In this document: positions 1 through 9,748 of the stretch, one piece after another
Position numbering within the stretch: position 1 is the first letter of the stretch
Layout: each line of letters opens with the position of its first letter
Source of the DNA: Candidatus Methylomirabilia bacterium
GTDB lineage: Bacteria; Methylomirabilota; Methylomirabilia; Rokubacteriales; CSP1-6
Direction: 5' to 3'
DNA: 46,827 bases
Assembly (NCBI GenBank): GCA_041492755.1
Contig: JBGPXN010000013.1
Coordinates: 1-46,827 of the forward strand
The notes under the pieces: model-generated
What the model was told of the DNA's origin: nothing
The model's database searches: none
The model's input: the letters and a program-made list of their open reading frames with translations, nothing else
Translations under genes and position numbers: made by a program

Positions 1-29
1 ACGAGTTTGGGCACCGGGCCGGAAACACG

Positions 30-58
30 AAACGCGGGGTCGTCGGGACCCCGCGTTT
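30..58 (-). terminator. Probable intrinsic terminator downstream of tRNA-Val
   Basis: Perfect 12-bp inverted repeat AAACGCGGGGTC/GACCCCGCGTTT with 5-nt loop, just past the tRNA CCA end; ends in TTT and is followed by CGTGTTT on the minus strand. Confidence 0.7.
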
Positions 59-62
59 GAGT

Positions 63-138
63 TGGTGGACGATACTGGACTTGAACCAGTGACCTCTGGC
101 ATGTGAGGCCAGCGCTCTGCCAACTGAGCTAATCGTCC
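63..138 (-). tRNA. tRNA-Val (anticodon CAC)
   Basis: Reverse complement GGACGATTAGCTCAGTTGGCAGAGCGCTGGCCTCACATGCCAGAGGTCACTGGTTCAAGTCCAGTATCGTCCACCA folds as a 76-nt cloverleaf with anticodon arm CTGGC-CTCACAT-GCCAG, TTCAA T-loop and encoded CCA. Confidence 0.97.
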
Positions 139-147
139 GTGCGAGGA

Positions 148-176
148 ATCTTACAGACTTGCCGCACGGGTTTCAA
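148..176 (-). promoter_or_regulatory. sigma70-type promoter of tRNA-Val
   Basis: Minus strand TTGAAA (176-171), 17-bp spacer, TAAGAT (153-148), 9 nt upstream of the tRNA 5' end. Confidence 0.75.
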
Positions 177-199
177 CCGCCATCGGGCCGGGCTAGACT
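171..199 (+). promoter_or_regulatory. Putative promoter of the toxin-antitoxin operon
   Basis: TTTCAA (171-176), 17-bp spacer, TAGACT (194-199), just upstream of the brnT-like start. Confidence 0.5.
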
Positions 200-201
200 A
201 G

Positions 202-753
<552 letters not shown>

Positions 754-757
<4 letters not shown>

Positions 758-1191
758 AGGTCCGCCTGCTATTGGCGAACCATGCCGAAGTCAAAGGCGG
801 CATGCTCTACGCCATGGGTATCGGCTGGACGCAGATCGGCCCCAAAGCTAGCCCGTTCGCAATCGCGGCGCTGATCGAGGTCACTTGGGAAGAGACGAAC
901 CGGCCGTACAAGATCAGTTTCGATATTCTCGATGTCGACGGCCAGCCCTTTCATGTACCGACGGCTACCGGCGACAAGCGCTTCGAGCTTGGCGCCGAGT
1001 TCAACCAGGGAAGACCGCCCGACGTTCCCCCTGGTAGCCCCTTCCTGGCGTGTATCGCCATGAACATCCAAGCCGTCCAGTTTCAGCCGGGGCAGCAGTA
1101 TGTGCTCCGCGCGCTCGTGGATGGAGAAGTCATGGACCAGACCGGCTTTCGAGTCCGGCCGGCCGAGCCGCCGAAAAGGCAACTTCCCTAA
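754..1191 (+). CDS. DUF6941-like beta-rich protein
   Basis: ATGA overlap with the antitoxin; N-terminal LLAxxAEVxxGxLYxxGxGW and IEVxWxETN patterns recalled from DUF6941 proteins. Confidence 0.6.
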
Positions 1192-1317
1192 CCCGATCTA
1201 CCTCCAACTCGACCCGGCCGATTCTTCACGCCGAATCGGGCGGCTTCGGGTTTCACCTGCCATCGCGGTGTCATTTCATCCGACCGAGCCAGCGACCGAT
1301 CGCGCTAAACTTTTGCG

Positions 1318-3486
1318 ATGACGAGTGACTCGCGCCAGTCCTCGCCAGAGCACGACGGCAGCTTCCGTCTGCTCTTCTCCAGCAACCCGCTGGCCATGTG
1401 GGTCTACGACGTCGATACGCTCGATTTCCTCGAGGTCAACGCCGCCGCGGTCGCCCAGTATGGGTACGCGCGCGACGAGTTTCTCCGGATGCGGGTCACG
1501 GACATCTTTCCCGCCGAGCAGGCCGCCGAGGCCGAGGACGCCGCGGCCAGGGTGGCGCACATCACCGATGCCCCCCGGCGACATCAGCGCGTCTGGACCC
1601 ATCGGGTGAAGGACGGCCGTCTGATCGACGTCGACATCGTCTCGCACGCGATGTCCTTCGCCGGGCGGCGCGCGGCGCTGGTGGTGGCGATCGACGTGAC
1701 GGAGATGAAGCGGAGCGAGGCCGCGCTCGCCCGCTCCATGGAGCGGCTGAACCTGTTGCATCAGATCGATCGGGCCGTCATCACGGCCGAGACACCCGTG
1801 GCCATTGCGGAGGCGGTGCTCCCGCGGCTGCGCGACCTGCTCGGGGTGCCGCGCGCCATCGTCAACTTGTTCGATCTCGAGGCCGGCGAAGCCGAATGGC
1901 TGGCCGCGGTCGGGCGCCAGCGCATCCGTCTGGGCCCCGGCGTCCGCTTTCCCATGCGGCTGATGGGAGACGTGGATGGCCTGCGCCGGGGCGAAGCCCA
2001 GAAGATCGACACCGCGGCTCTCCCGCCCGGCCCGGAGGTCGACGCACTGCTCGCCTCGGGCGTGCTCTTCTACATGGTCGTGCCCATGATCGCGGGCGGC
2101 GAGCTCATCGGCGGGATCAGCTTCGGCGGTGAGCCGCGCGAGTTCACGGCCGAGCAGGTGAGCATCGCCCACGAAGTCGCCGCCCAGATGGGCATGGCCA
2201 TCGCGCAGGCGCGGCTCTACGAGCGTGTGAAGCGCCACGCGGAGGAGTTGGAGGAGCGCGTGGGAGAGCGGACCCTCGCGCTGAACGGCGCCAACGAGCA
2301 GCTACAGCAGGAGATCGCCGAGCGGCGGCGGGCCCAGGAGGAGGCCGATCACGCCAACCGGGCGAAGAGCGACTTCTTGTCGCGGATGAGTCACGAGCTA
2401 CGGACCCCGCTGAACGCCGTCCTCGGGTTCGCCCAGGTGCTCGATCTCGACCCGCTGACCGGCGATCAGCGGGAAAGCGTCACGGCCATCCTGAAGGCCG
2501 GCCAGCACCTGCTGGGGCTCATCAACGAGGTGCTCGACATCAGCCGCATCGAAGCCGGACGGCTGTCCCTGTCATCCGAGCCCTTGATGGTGAGCGAGAT
2601 CCTCGACGAGGCGTTGGCCCTCGTCCACCCGATGGCGACGAGCCGAAACGTCGCCCTCCGTGACGCCTCGGGCACCGCCGGGCACTACGTCCTGGCCGAC
2701 CGGCAACGCGTCACGCAGGTCCTCCTCAACTTGCTCTCGAATGCCGTGAAGTTCAATCGGCGCGGCGGGGCCGTGACCGTGGCGTGCACGCCGGCGGGCG
2801 GCCGTCGGCTCCGCATCGCCGTGACCGACACGGGCCCGGGCATTCCCGCGGACCGGATGGCCCGGCTCTTCACGCCCTTCGACCGACTGGGCGCGGAACA
2901 GACCGGTGTGGAAGGTACGGGGCTCGGCCTGGCCCTGTCGAAAGCCTTGATGGAGGCGATGAACGGCGCCATCGGCGCCACCAGCACGGTCGGCCAGGGC
3001 AGCACGTTCTGGGTCGAGCTCCCGCAGACCGAGAGCCCGGAAGGGCTTGCCGAAGCCGAAACGGCCAGGGTCGAGACCCCTCGCCCGGTCGAGACACGCG
3101 GCGTGGTGCTGTACGTCGAGGACACGCTGTCGAACACCCGCCTCGTCGAGCGCGTCTTGAAGCAGCGACCCGGGGTGCGGCTGCTGTCCGCGATCCAGGG
3201 CCGGCTCGGCCTCGAGTTGGCCCGGCAGCACCAGCCCCAGCTCGTGCTCCTGGATCTTCATCTGCCCGACATGTCGGGCCAGGACGTCCTCCGCGAGCTC
3301 CGGGGCGACCCGCGCACCGCCGCCATCCCGGTGGTCATCGTGAGCGCCGATGCGAGCCCGGGGCAGACGCAGCGTCTTCTGGCCGCCGGCGCGCAGGAGT
3401 TCATGCCCAAGCCGCTCGACGTCAGGAAGTTGCTCGACGTCGTCGATGCCGCCCTCACGGTGAAGGAACGCCCGCCGACCGGCTAA
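1318..3486 (+). CDS. Hybrid sensor histidine kinase (PAS-GAF-HisKA-HATPase-REC)
   Basis: PAS (NPLAMWVYD...EVNAAA), GAF, H-box FLSRMSHELRTPLN, N-box NLLSNAVKF, G boxes DTGPGI and GTGLGL, receiver VLYVED...LLDLHLPD...KP. Confidence 0.95.
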   Translation: MTSDSRQSSPEHDGSFRLLFSSNPLAMWVYDVDTLDFLEVNAAAVAQYGYARDEFLRMRVTDIFPAEQAAEAEDAAARVAHITDAPRRHQRVWTHRVKDGRLIDVDIVSHAMSFAGRRAALVVAIDVTEMKRSEAALARSMERLNLLHQIDRAVITAETPVAIAEAVLPRLRDLLGVPRAIVNLFDLEAGEAEWLAAVGRQRIRLGPGVRFPMRLMGDVDGLRRGEAQKIDTAALPPGPEVDALLASGVLFYMVVPMIAGGELIGGISFGGEPREFTAEQVSIAHEVAAQMGMAIAQARLYERVKRHAEELEERVGERTLALNGANEQLQQEIAERRRAQEEADHANRAKSDFLSRMSHELRTPLNAVLGFAQVLDLDPLTGDQRESVTAILKAGQHLLGLINEVLDISRIEAGRLSLSSEPLMVSEILDEALALVHPMATSRNVALRDASGTAGHYVLADRQRVTQVLLNLLSNAVKFNRRGGAVTVACTPAGGRRLRIAVTDTGPGIPADRMARLFTPFDRLGAEQTGVEGTGLGLALSKALMEAMNGAIGATSTVGQGSTFWVELPQTESPEGLAEAETARVETPRPVETRGVVLYVEDTLSNTRLVERVLKQRPGVRLLSAIQGRLGLELARQHQPQLVLLDLHLPDMSGQDVLRELRGDPRTAAIPVVIVSADASPGQTQRLLAAGAQEFMPKPLDVRKLLDVVDAALTVKERPPTG

Positions 3487-3572
3487 GCCACCCGACCGGC
3501 TAAGCCACCCGGCCGGCTAAGCCACCCGACCGGCTAAGCCACCCGACCGGCTAAGCCACCCGACCGGCTAAG
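3475..3572. repeat. 17-bp tandem repeat (CCGACCGGCTAAGCCAC), 5 full copies plus 1 partial
   Basis: Units start at 3475, 3492, 3509 (one A>G), 3526, 3543 and 3560 (partial); no spacers; the first copy contains the kinase stop codon. Confidence 0.97.
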
Positions 3573-3583
3573 ATAGTCGGCCC

Positions 3584-4696
3584 ATGCCCCGCATCGTGAT
3601 CGTGACCGCGAGCTACGGCTCGGGCCACAACGCGGCCGCCCGGAGTGTCGCGACCGCCTTCGAGCGCGCCGGCGCCGACGTCACCGTCGTCGACCACTTT
3701 CGCGACCTGGTGCATCCCCTCTTCGACCGCGCGACGCGCCGGCTCTACTACTGGATCTTGCGGCGCGCGCCCGCGCTCTGGGGCATGGCCTACGGGCTCG
3801 GCGACTACATGCCGAGCGATTCGCCATGGACCTTCGGCATGACCGCCGTCGGCATGGCCGGGATGGTGCGCATGCTCGGCGCGCTGCGGCCCGACGTCGT
3901 GGTGACCGTGCACGCCACCCCCGCCGTCGTGATGTCCCAGCTCGCCGCGCGAGGGATCGCGGTGCCGCGGCACACCACGGTCGTGACCGACTTCGTCGCG
4001 CACAGCCAGTGGATCACGCGCCACGCCGACCGCTACTGCGTGGCCGCGCCCGAGGTGCGGCGCGAGTTCATCGCGCGCGGGATCAGCGCCGACCGCGTGA
4101 TCGTCACGGGCGTGCCGATCCGCGCGGAGTTCGAGCAGCCCATGGACGCGCAGGAGGCGCGGCGCGCGCTCGGGCTGCCGGCCCGACGTCCGGTGGTGCT
4201 GGCCATGGCGGGCGCTCAGGGCTCCTTCGGCCGGCTCGCGGACGTCGCGCGCGCGCTGACGCGCGTGGGCGGCGCCGTCCACGGCGTCATCGTCGCCGGC
4301 GCCGACGCGCGTCTGGCCGAGGACATTCGCGAGATCACCGCGCACACGCCGATTCGAACGTTCGGCCACGTGGCCAACGTCCGCCAGTTGATGGCGGCCG
4401 CCGACGTGCTCGTGAGCAAGGCGGGCGGGATGACGCTGGCCGAAGCCATGGCCGCGGAGCTTCCGCTGGTGACCTACGGTTCCCTGCCCGGCCAGGAACG
4501 ACGCAACGAGCGGTTCGCCTCGCGCGCCGGCGTGGCCCTCGCCGCCCGCTCACCGGCCGAGCTCGCCGCTGCCCTGGAGCGCGCGCTCGGGGATTCCGGC
4601 GTGCGGGAGCGCTTACGCGCGCGCATGCGGCGCCTGGGGCGCCCGGACGCGAGCCGGCGCGTGGTCAGCGCCGTGCTCGAGCGCGCGATCCGATGA
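3584..4696 (+). CDS. MGDG synthase / UgtP-like diacylglycerol glycosyltransferase (GT28)
   Basis: SYGSGHNAAA, VVTDF..HSQW, TGVPIR, LMAAADVLVSKAGGMT.AEA and PGQERRN motifs. Confidence 0.88.
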   Translation: MPRIVIVTASYGSGHNAAARSVATAFERAGADVTVVDHFRDLVHPLFDRATRRLYYWILRRAPALWGMAYGLGDYMPSDSPWTFGMTAVGMAGMVRMLGALRPDVVVTVHATPAVVMSQLAARGIAVPRHTTVVTDFVAHSQWITRHADRYCVAAPEVRREFIARGISADRVIVTGVPIRAEFEQPMDAQEARRALGLPARRPVVLAMAGAQGSFGRLADVARALTRVGGAVHGVIVAGADARLAEDIREITAHTPIRTFGHVANVRQLMAAADVLVSKAGGMTLAEAMAAELPLVTYGSLPGQERRNERFASRAGVALAARSPAELAAALERALGDSGVRERLRARMRRLGRPDASRRVVSAVLERAIR

Positions 4697-4726
4697 GGCC
4701 GGTCGCCGCGTGAATCGGAACCTCCG

Positions 4727-5446
4727 GTGAGAACCGGACGTCCGGGGAACGCCGGTCGCCTAGCCGTCGCTGCCGGGCTCGCCACCACCGCCGCGTGGGT
4801 CGTCTATGCGTGGGGCGCGCATCTCGCGACGCCGTTCTGCACGCGGCGGGGCCCGCGCAGCGCGCGCCGAATCGCACTGACGTTCGACGACGGTCCCGAT
4901 TCTGACTGGACCCCCCGCGTCCTCGATCTCCTCGCCGCGGCCGAGGTCCCGGCAACGTTCTTCGTCGTCGGCGAGCGTGCCGCTCGCGCGCCCGCCGTGA
5001 TTCGCCGGGCTGCCGCCGAGGGCCACGAGATCGCGAATCACGGCTGGTCGCACCGCAGCCTCTGGTTCTGCACTCCGAGCGCGACCGCGGCCGAGATCGG
5101 CCGCACGCAGGCGTTCGTCGAGGATCAGGTCGGCCACCGCCCCCGCCACTTCCGGCCGCCCTGGGGCATGGTCAACGCGGCGATGTTCGGCGCGCTCCGG
5201 CACGCCGGCGTCCGGTGCGTGCTGTGGTCAGTACAGCCGGAAGGCTTGCGGCCTCGGAGCGGCGCGGCCCAGGCCGAGCACGTGCTGCGCCGCGCGCACC
5301 CGGGCGCGATCGTCGATCTGCACGACGCCGACGGCGTGGCCGGCGCCCCGGCCCGCGTGATGGACGGCCTGCCCCGGATGATCAGCGGCTTGCGTGAGGC
5401 TGGGTACTCGTTCGCGACGGTGCGCGACCTCCTCGCCACCCGCTGA
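4727..5446 (+). CDS. Polysaccharide deacetylase (NodB/CE4) with N-terminal membrane anchor
   Basis: LTFDDGP, NHGWSH, FRPPWG and IVDLHD motifs; start codon uncertain. Confidence 0.9.
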   Translation: MRTGRPGNAGRLAVAAGLATTAAWVVYAWGAHLATPFCTRRGPRSARRIALTFDDGPDSDWTPRVLDLLAAAEVPATFFVVGERAARAPAVIRRAAAEGHEIANHGWSHRSLWFCTPSATAAEIGRTQAFVEDQVGHRPRHFRPPWGMVNAAMFGALRHAGVRCVLWSVQPEGLRPRSGAAQAEHVLRRAHPGAIVDLHDADGVAGAPARVMDGLPRMISGLREAGYSFATVRDLLATR

Positions 5447-5459
5447 CGCGGCGGCTTCC

Positions 5460-6908
5460 TCAGCCCGACGGTCCGGACACGCGCCCGCCCCGCGCCCGCC
5501 CCGCCAGGAACCTCACGAAGTCCACGCCCTCCGACAGGCGCCGGCGCCCGAGCGCGGGATCGCGGACCATCTCGGACACCAGCGCGAACAGCTTGCGCGG
5601 CCGGAAGTAGAAGCGCCGGTAGAAGGCGTCCACCGACTGGAAGATCTCCGTGCGCGACAGGTGCGGATAGCCGAGCACGCTGGTCTGTACTCCGTCGTCG
5701 TCCACCAGCCCGTCGCCGCCGAGCCAGCCCTGCTCCTGCGCCTGGCGGTAGAGCTCGGTGCCGGGATACGGCGCGGCCAGCGACACCTGCAGCGTGTCCG
5801 GATCGATCTCCTGGGCAAAGCGGATCGTCGCGTCGATCGTGGCCCGCGTCTCTCCCGGGAGCCCCATGATGAACGTGCCGTGGATCCTGATGCCCAGGCG
5901 CTTGGCCTCGCGCGAGAAGCGGCGCGCGGCGTCGATCCGCGTGCCCTTGCGGATCCCCTTGAGGATCTCCTGGCTGCCCGTCTCGTAGCCCACCAGGAGC
6001 AGGCGCAGCCCATGGTCCTTCAGGACCTCGAGGGTCGAGACCGGCACGTTCGCCTTGGCGTTGCACGACCACGTCACGCCGAGCCGGCCGAGCCCGCGCG
6101 CGATCGCCTCGGCCCGGGGCAGATCGTCGGTGAACGTATCGTCGTCGAAGAAGAACTCCTTCACGCGGGGAAACAACCGCGCCGCGTGAGCGATCTCGTC
6201 GACGACGCTCTCCACGCTCCGCGTGCGGTAGCGATGGCCGCCCACGGTCTGCGGCCAGAGACAGAACGTGCAGCGCGACCGGCAGCCACGTCCCGTGTAG
6301 AGCGACAGGTACGGGTGCTGGAGATAGCCGATGAAGTAGTGCGCGACGTCGAGGTCGCGATGATAGACGTCCACCACCGACGGCAGCGCGTCCATGTCCT
6401 CGAGCATGGGACGCTCGGGGGTCCGCCCGACGTGGCCGTTCACCCGGTAGCTGAGCCCGGCGACCTCCGCGAGCGCGCGGCCCCGCGCCACCTCCTCGAT
6501 GGTGAAGTCGAACTCCGTGCCCGCCACGAAGTCGACGGCGGTGGACACGGCGAGCGCGGCTTCGCGCTGCACGGCCACGTGCGCGCCCACGAAGCCGATC
6601 CGGAGCTCCGGATTTTCCGCCTTGAGCGCCTCTGCCACCCGCACGTCGTGGGGAAACGAGGGCGTGCTCGTGTGCAGCACCGCCAGCTCGTACTCGCGCG
6701 CCAGCGGCGTCACCTCGGCGAGGGTGAGGCCCGCCGGGGGCGCGTCGACGAGGCGGCTGCCCGGCACGAGGGCGGCGGGCTGGGCCAGCCACGTCGGATA
6801 CCAGAACGAGCGCACTTCGCGGCGCGCCTGGTATCGCGAGCCGGCTCCACCGTCGAAGCCCTGGAACGACGGCGGATGCAGGAACAGCGTGCGAAGGTAC
6901 GAGGTCAT
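5460..6908 (-). CDS. hpnJ: Hopanoid biosynthesis-associated radical SAM protein HpnJ
   Basis: Diagnostic N-terminus FLHPPSF.GFDGGAGSRYQARREVRSFWYPTWLAQPAA; CxxxCxxC in GRGCRSRCTFCLWPQT. Confidence 0.92.
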   Translation of the reverse strand: MTSYLRTLFLHPPSFQGFDGGAGSRYQARREVRSFWYPTWLAQPAALVPGSRLVDAPPAGLTLAEVTPLAREYELAVLHTSTPSFPHDVRVAEALKAENPELRIGFVGAHVAVQREAALAVSTAVDFVAGTEFDFTIEEVARGRALAEVAGLSYRVNGHVGRTPERPMLEDMDALPSVVDVYHRDLDVAHYFIGYLQHPYLSLYTGRGCRSRCTFCLWPQTVGGHRYRTRSVESVVDEIAHAARLFPRVKEFFFDDDTFTDDLPRAEAIARGLGRLGVTWSCNAKANVPVSTLEVLKDHGLRLLLVGYETGSQEILKGIRKGTRIDAARRFSREAKRLGIRIHGTFIMGLPGETRATIDATIRFAQEIDPDTLQVSLAAPYPGTELYRQAQEQGWLGGDGLVDDDGVQTSVLGYPHLSRTEIFQSVDAFYRRFYFRPRKLFALVSEMVRDPALGRRRLSEGVDFVRFLAGRARGGRVSGPSG

Positions 6909-6932
6909 CCCGACGGTTATACCGCGGGGAGC

Positions 6933-8663
6933 TCATCGGTTGACATAGAGCCAACGTCCCCCCTGACTGCTCACCAGCCGGGTGCCCGCCAAGTCCCGCA
7001 CAAGACTTCGCTCCGGTGGCCGCATGCTGATCAACCACACGCGCCGGCCGCCCTCCCACCCGCGACGTAGCTGCTCTCGATCCCAGAACCCCGCGGCCGC
7101 GTCCGTGAACGTCGCGCCAAAGCCGAGCACGCTCTGGCGTCCATCCACGATGACCGGACGGCGGCCGAGATACCACTCGAGCGCGCCGGAGTTCTCGATC
7201 GGCCCCTCGTGGGCCACGACGTCGTCGCCGCCGAGCCGGCCCCGGACGTCCGCGGCCAGTGCCCGCACGCCGCGGTGGTCCGTCACGACGGAGAGACCGG
7301 CCGCGACCAGCGGCGCCGCGGCCAGCATGGCCCCGAGCACGGTCACGCTCGCGAGCCGCCGGGGCTCGCGCGCGCGCGCGACCAGAACCAGCGCGCCGGC
7401 GCCGACGCCGAAGACGAGGGCCGTCGCCCCCAGCAGCCGTTGAAAGGGCTCCCACGGCGGCCCGGGCGCGACGTGGCCCGACGCCAGCGTCTTCAGTGTC
7501 GTCATATCGGTCGCGGCCAGCACGCGGCGCTCGAACGTCGCCCCGTCGCCGCGCGTCCACGCCAGCGCGCACGCCAGCGCGATCACGCCGAAGAGCACGA
7601 GATGCGCCGCCAGCAGCCGCCGACCGCGCTGCTCGCTCCAGCCGAAGGCCGCGAGGAGCGCGACGGCGGGATAGGCGGGCAGGCCATAGTGTGACAGCCG
7701 GAACGGCGAGAGCGCGGTGAGGCCCAGGACAGCCACGGCCCACAACGCGAGGACGAGCCAGGGCCAGGCGGCGGCATCGCGCCATCGGCGGCCGCGCACG
7801 AGGCCGACGACGGCGGCCGCGGCCGCCACGATCCACGGCAGGGCGCCGGAGGCGGCGACGACGAGAAACTGTCCGGCGCCGAGCGGGACGTCCTCGTCGG
7901 GAAAATGGCGGGCGCGCGCGACGTTGAGCACGTGGTTGTCGATGACCGTGTACCAGGCGAAGCCGGGCGCCGCCCGCTCGGCGGCCAGCCACCAGCCGAA
8001 GCCAACCACCACCCAGGCGACCACGGCCCACGCCGGCAGCCAGCGACGAACCGGACGCAGCCGGCCGACCGCCGCCAGCGCGCCGACGAGCACGATCGGC
8101 GGTCCGATGGCGCCGAGGGGATCCTTGGCCAGCGCGGCCACCGCGAATGCCACGAGTCCCGCCCCGGCCAGATGGCGCCGGTCCTCGGCGATGCCCACGA
8201 CGGCCAGCGCGAAGCCGACACTCAGCGCGGCGACGAAGAGCATGTCCGGCCTCACGTAGCGCGCGTAGACGAAGAAGCCGGGGCTCGTGAGCAGCGCGCC
8301 CGCGGCGAGCAGGCCCCCGGCCAGGCCGAGCAGCCGCGCGCCCAGCCACGCCGTCGCGCCGACCGCGACCAGCGACGCCAGCGCGGGCACGGCGCGCGCC
8401 ACCGCCTCGCTGGGACCGGCGACGGCGAACGCGCCCGCGAGCAGCACGTACAAGAGCGGCGGCTTGTCGACGTAACGAATGCCGTTCAGGCGCAGATCGA
8501 CGCCGCGCCCGTCGAGCCAAAGCTCCCGCGCGATCTCGGCGTGCATCCCCTCCCCGGGATCGTCGAAGGGCGTCGCGCCGAGCCGCCAGAAGACGAGCGG
8601 CGCCGCCACCACGATCGCGAGCACCGCCGCCAGCGCGGCGTGATACGAGACTTGGCGGCTCAG
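6933..8663 (-). CDS. ArnT/GT39-like polyprenyl-phosphate-sugar membrane glycosyltransferase
   Basis: DDPGEG.HAEIARE, Y.DKPPLLY, RYVRPDML and AKDPLG motifs; many TM segments; start uncertain (CTG 8663 or GTG 8624). Confidence 0.82.
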   Translation of the reverse strand: MSRQVSYHAALAAVLAIVVAAPLVFWRLGATPFDDPGEGMHAEIARELWLDGRGVDLRLNGIRYVDKPPLLYVLLAGAFAVAGPSEAVARAVPALASLVAVGATAWLGARLLGLAGGLLAAGALLTSPGFFVYARYVRPDMLFVAALSVGFALAVVGIAEDRRHLAGAGLVAFAVAALAKDPLGAIGPPIVLVGALAAVGRLRPVRRWLPAWAVVAWVVVGFGWWLAAERAAPGFAWYTVIDNHVLNVARARHFPDEDVPLGAGQFLVVAASGALPWIVAAAAAVVGLVRGRRWRDAAAWPWLVLALWAVAVLGLTALSPFRLSHYGLPAYPAVALLAAFGWSEQRGRRLLAAHLVLFGVIALACALAWTRGDGATFERRVLAATDMTTLKTLASGHVAPGPPWEPFQRLLGATALVFGVGAGALVLVARAREPRRLASVTVLGAMLAAAPLVAAGLSVVTDHRGVRALAADVRGRLGGDDVVAHEGPIENSGALEWYLGRRPVIVDGRQSVLGFGATFTDAAAGFWDREQLRRGWEGGRRVWLISMRPPERSLVRDLAGTRLVSSQGGRWLYVNR

Positions 8664-9031
8664 GTGCGCGACACCAGCGCCACGCCGATCACGATCAGCC
8701 CGATGCCCGCCCAGCGCGCCGGCGTCACGACCTCGCCCAGCAGCGCCTGGGCCAGCAGCGCGACGACGATGTAGTCGACGGCGGTCATGGGCAGGACGAG
8801 ACTGACGTCGGCCCGCGACAGGAGCGTGAGGTACGTGAAGAAGAACGTCGCCTGCAGCACGACGCCCAGCAGCACCCACGGGTTGGAGACGGCGCCGGCG
8901 ACCATGCCACCGAGGCGTCCGCTCGGCGCCTCGGTGAGGTCGCCCACCGTCTTCATTCCCTTGGCGAGCATGACGTGCCCGGTCCCGCCGATGACGGCGG
9001 CGATCAGCACCAGGACCATGGTCTTCAGCAT
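8660..9031 (-). CDS. EamA/DMT small membrane transporter (ArnE/F flippase-like)
   Basis: 123 aa, about 4 TM segments, LSRADVSLVLP and LLGE.V...RWAGI motifs. Confidence 0.8.
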   Translation of the reverse strand: MLKTMVLVLIAAVIGGTGHVMLAKGMKTVGDLTEAPSGRLGGMVAGAVSNPWVLLGVVLQATFFFTYLTLLSRADVSLVLPMTAVDYIVVALLAQALLGEVVTPARWAGIGLIVIGVALVSRT

Positions 9032-9720
9032 CCGCGCTCCTTGGCGGGGACCGACGCCCGTTGCCGCAGGACGCCTCCCTCGATGTGATACGCGGCGTCG
9101 GCGCCCTCCAGCGCCTCCGACCGATGGGTGACGATCACGACGGCCGCGCCGTGCCGGGCCCGCGCCCGAAGCTGGGCGAGGATCACGCGTCCATTCGCGT
9201 CGTCGAGATTTCCGGTCGGCTCGTCGGCGAGCAGCAGCGGCGGATCGTTGAGCACGGCGCGGCAGAAGGCCACCCGTTGCTGCTCGCCGCCCGAGAGCTG
9301 GGCCGGGTAGTGATCCCAGCGGTGCGCCACCCCCAGATCGGCGAGCAACGCGCGCGCCCGCTCGCGGGTCTCGTGACCCCGCCGGCCCACGTACCGCCCG
9401 GCGAGCAGGACGTTATCGAGCGCGGTCAGCGACGAGACGAGCAGGAACGACTGGAACACGAAGCCCACCGAGCGCCCCCGCTGCCGGCTCTGCGCCGAGC
9501 GCGACAGCCCGCTCACCGGCACGTCGCCGTACCAGACGTCGCCGGCATCGGCATCCTCGAGCAGCCCGAGGACGTTCAGCAGCGTGCTCTTGCCGGACCC
9601 CGACGCGCCCTGGATGACGGCCAGCTCGCCGGCCCGCACGCTGAGATCCACGCCCGCGAGCACGGGGACGGCGCCGGACGGCCCACGATACGACTTCACG
9701 ACTCGCTCGGCGCGGAGCAT
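9025..9720 (-). CDS. ABC transporter ATP-binding protein (LolD/MacB type)
   Basis: Walker [40 protein letters not shown]. Confidence 0.93.
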   Translation of the reverse strand: MLRAERVVKSYRGPSGAVPVLAGVDLSVRAGELAVIQGASGSGKSTLLNVLGLLEDADAGDVWYGDVPVSGLSRSAQSRQRGRSVGFVFQSFLLVSSLTALDNVLLAGRYVGRRGHETRERARALLADLGVAHRWDHYPAQLSGGEQQRVAFCRAVLNDPPLLLADEPTGNLDDANGRVILAQLRARARHGAAVVIVTHRSEALEGADAAYHIEGGVLRQRASVPAKERGC

Positions 9721-9748
9721 CGGGACGGGGCCGCCCACTGCGCGCGGC

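Noticed and set aside
1218..1239. Hairpin CCGATTC/GAATCGG after the TA module as a terminator
   Set aside because: 7-bp stem with an 8-nt loop and no adjacent U-tract; too weak to call
3475..3572. Repeat array as a CRISPR
   Set aside because: Units are head-to-tail with no unique spacers, only 17 bp long, and no cas genes are present
5125..8520. 1131-aa ORF and many other long overlapping or antisense ORFs (e.g. 37411-40107, 11697-13577, 34785-36635)
   Set aside because: Arg/Gly/Ala/Pro-rich shadow frames expected at this GC content; they overlap genes with clear family motifs
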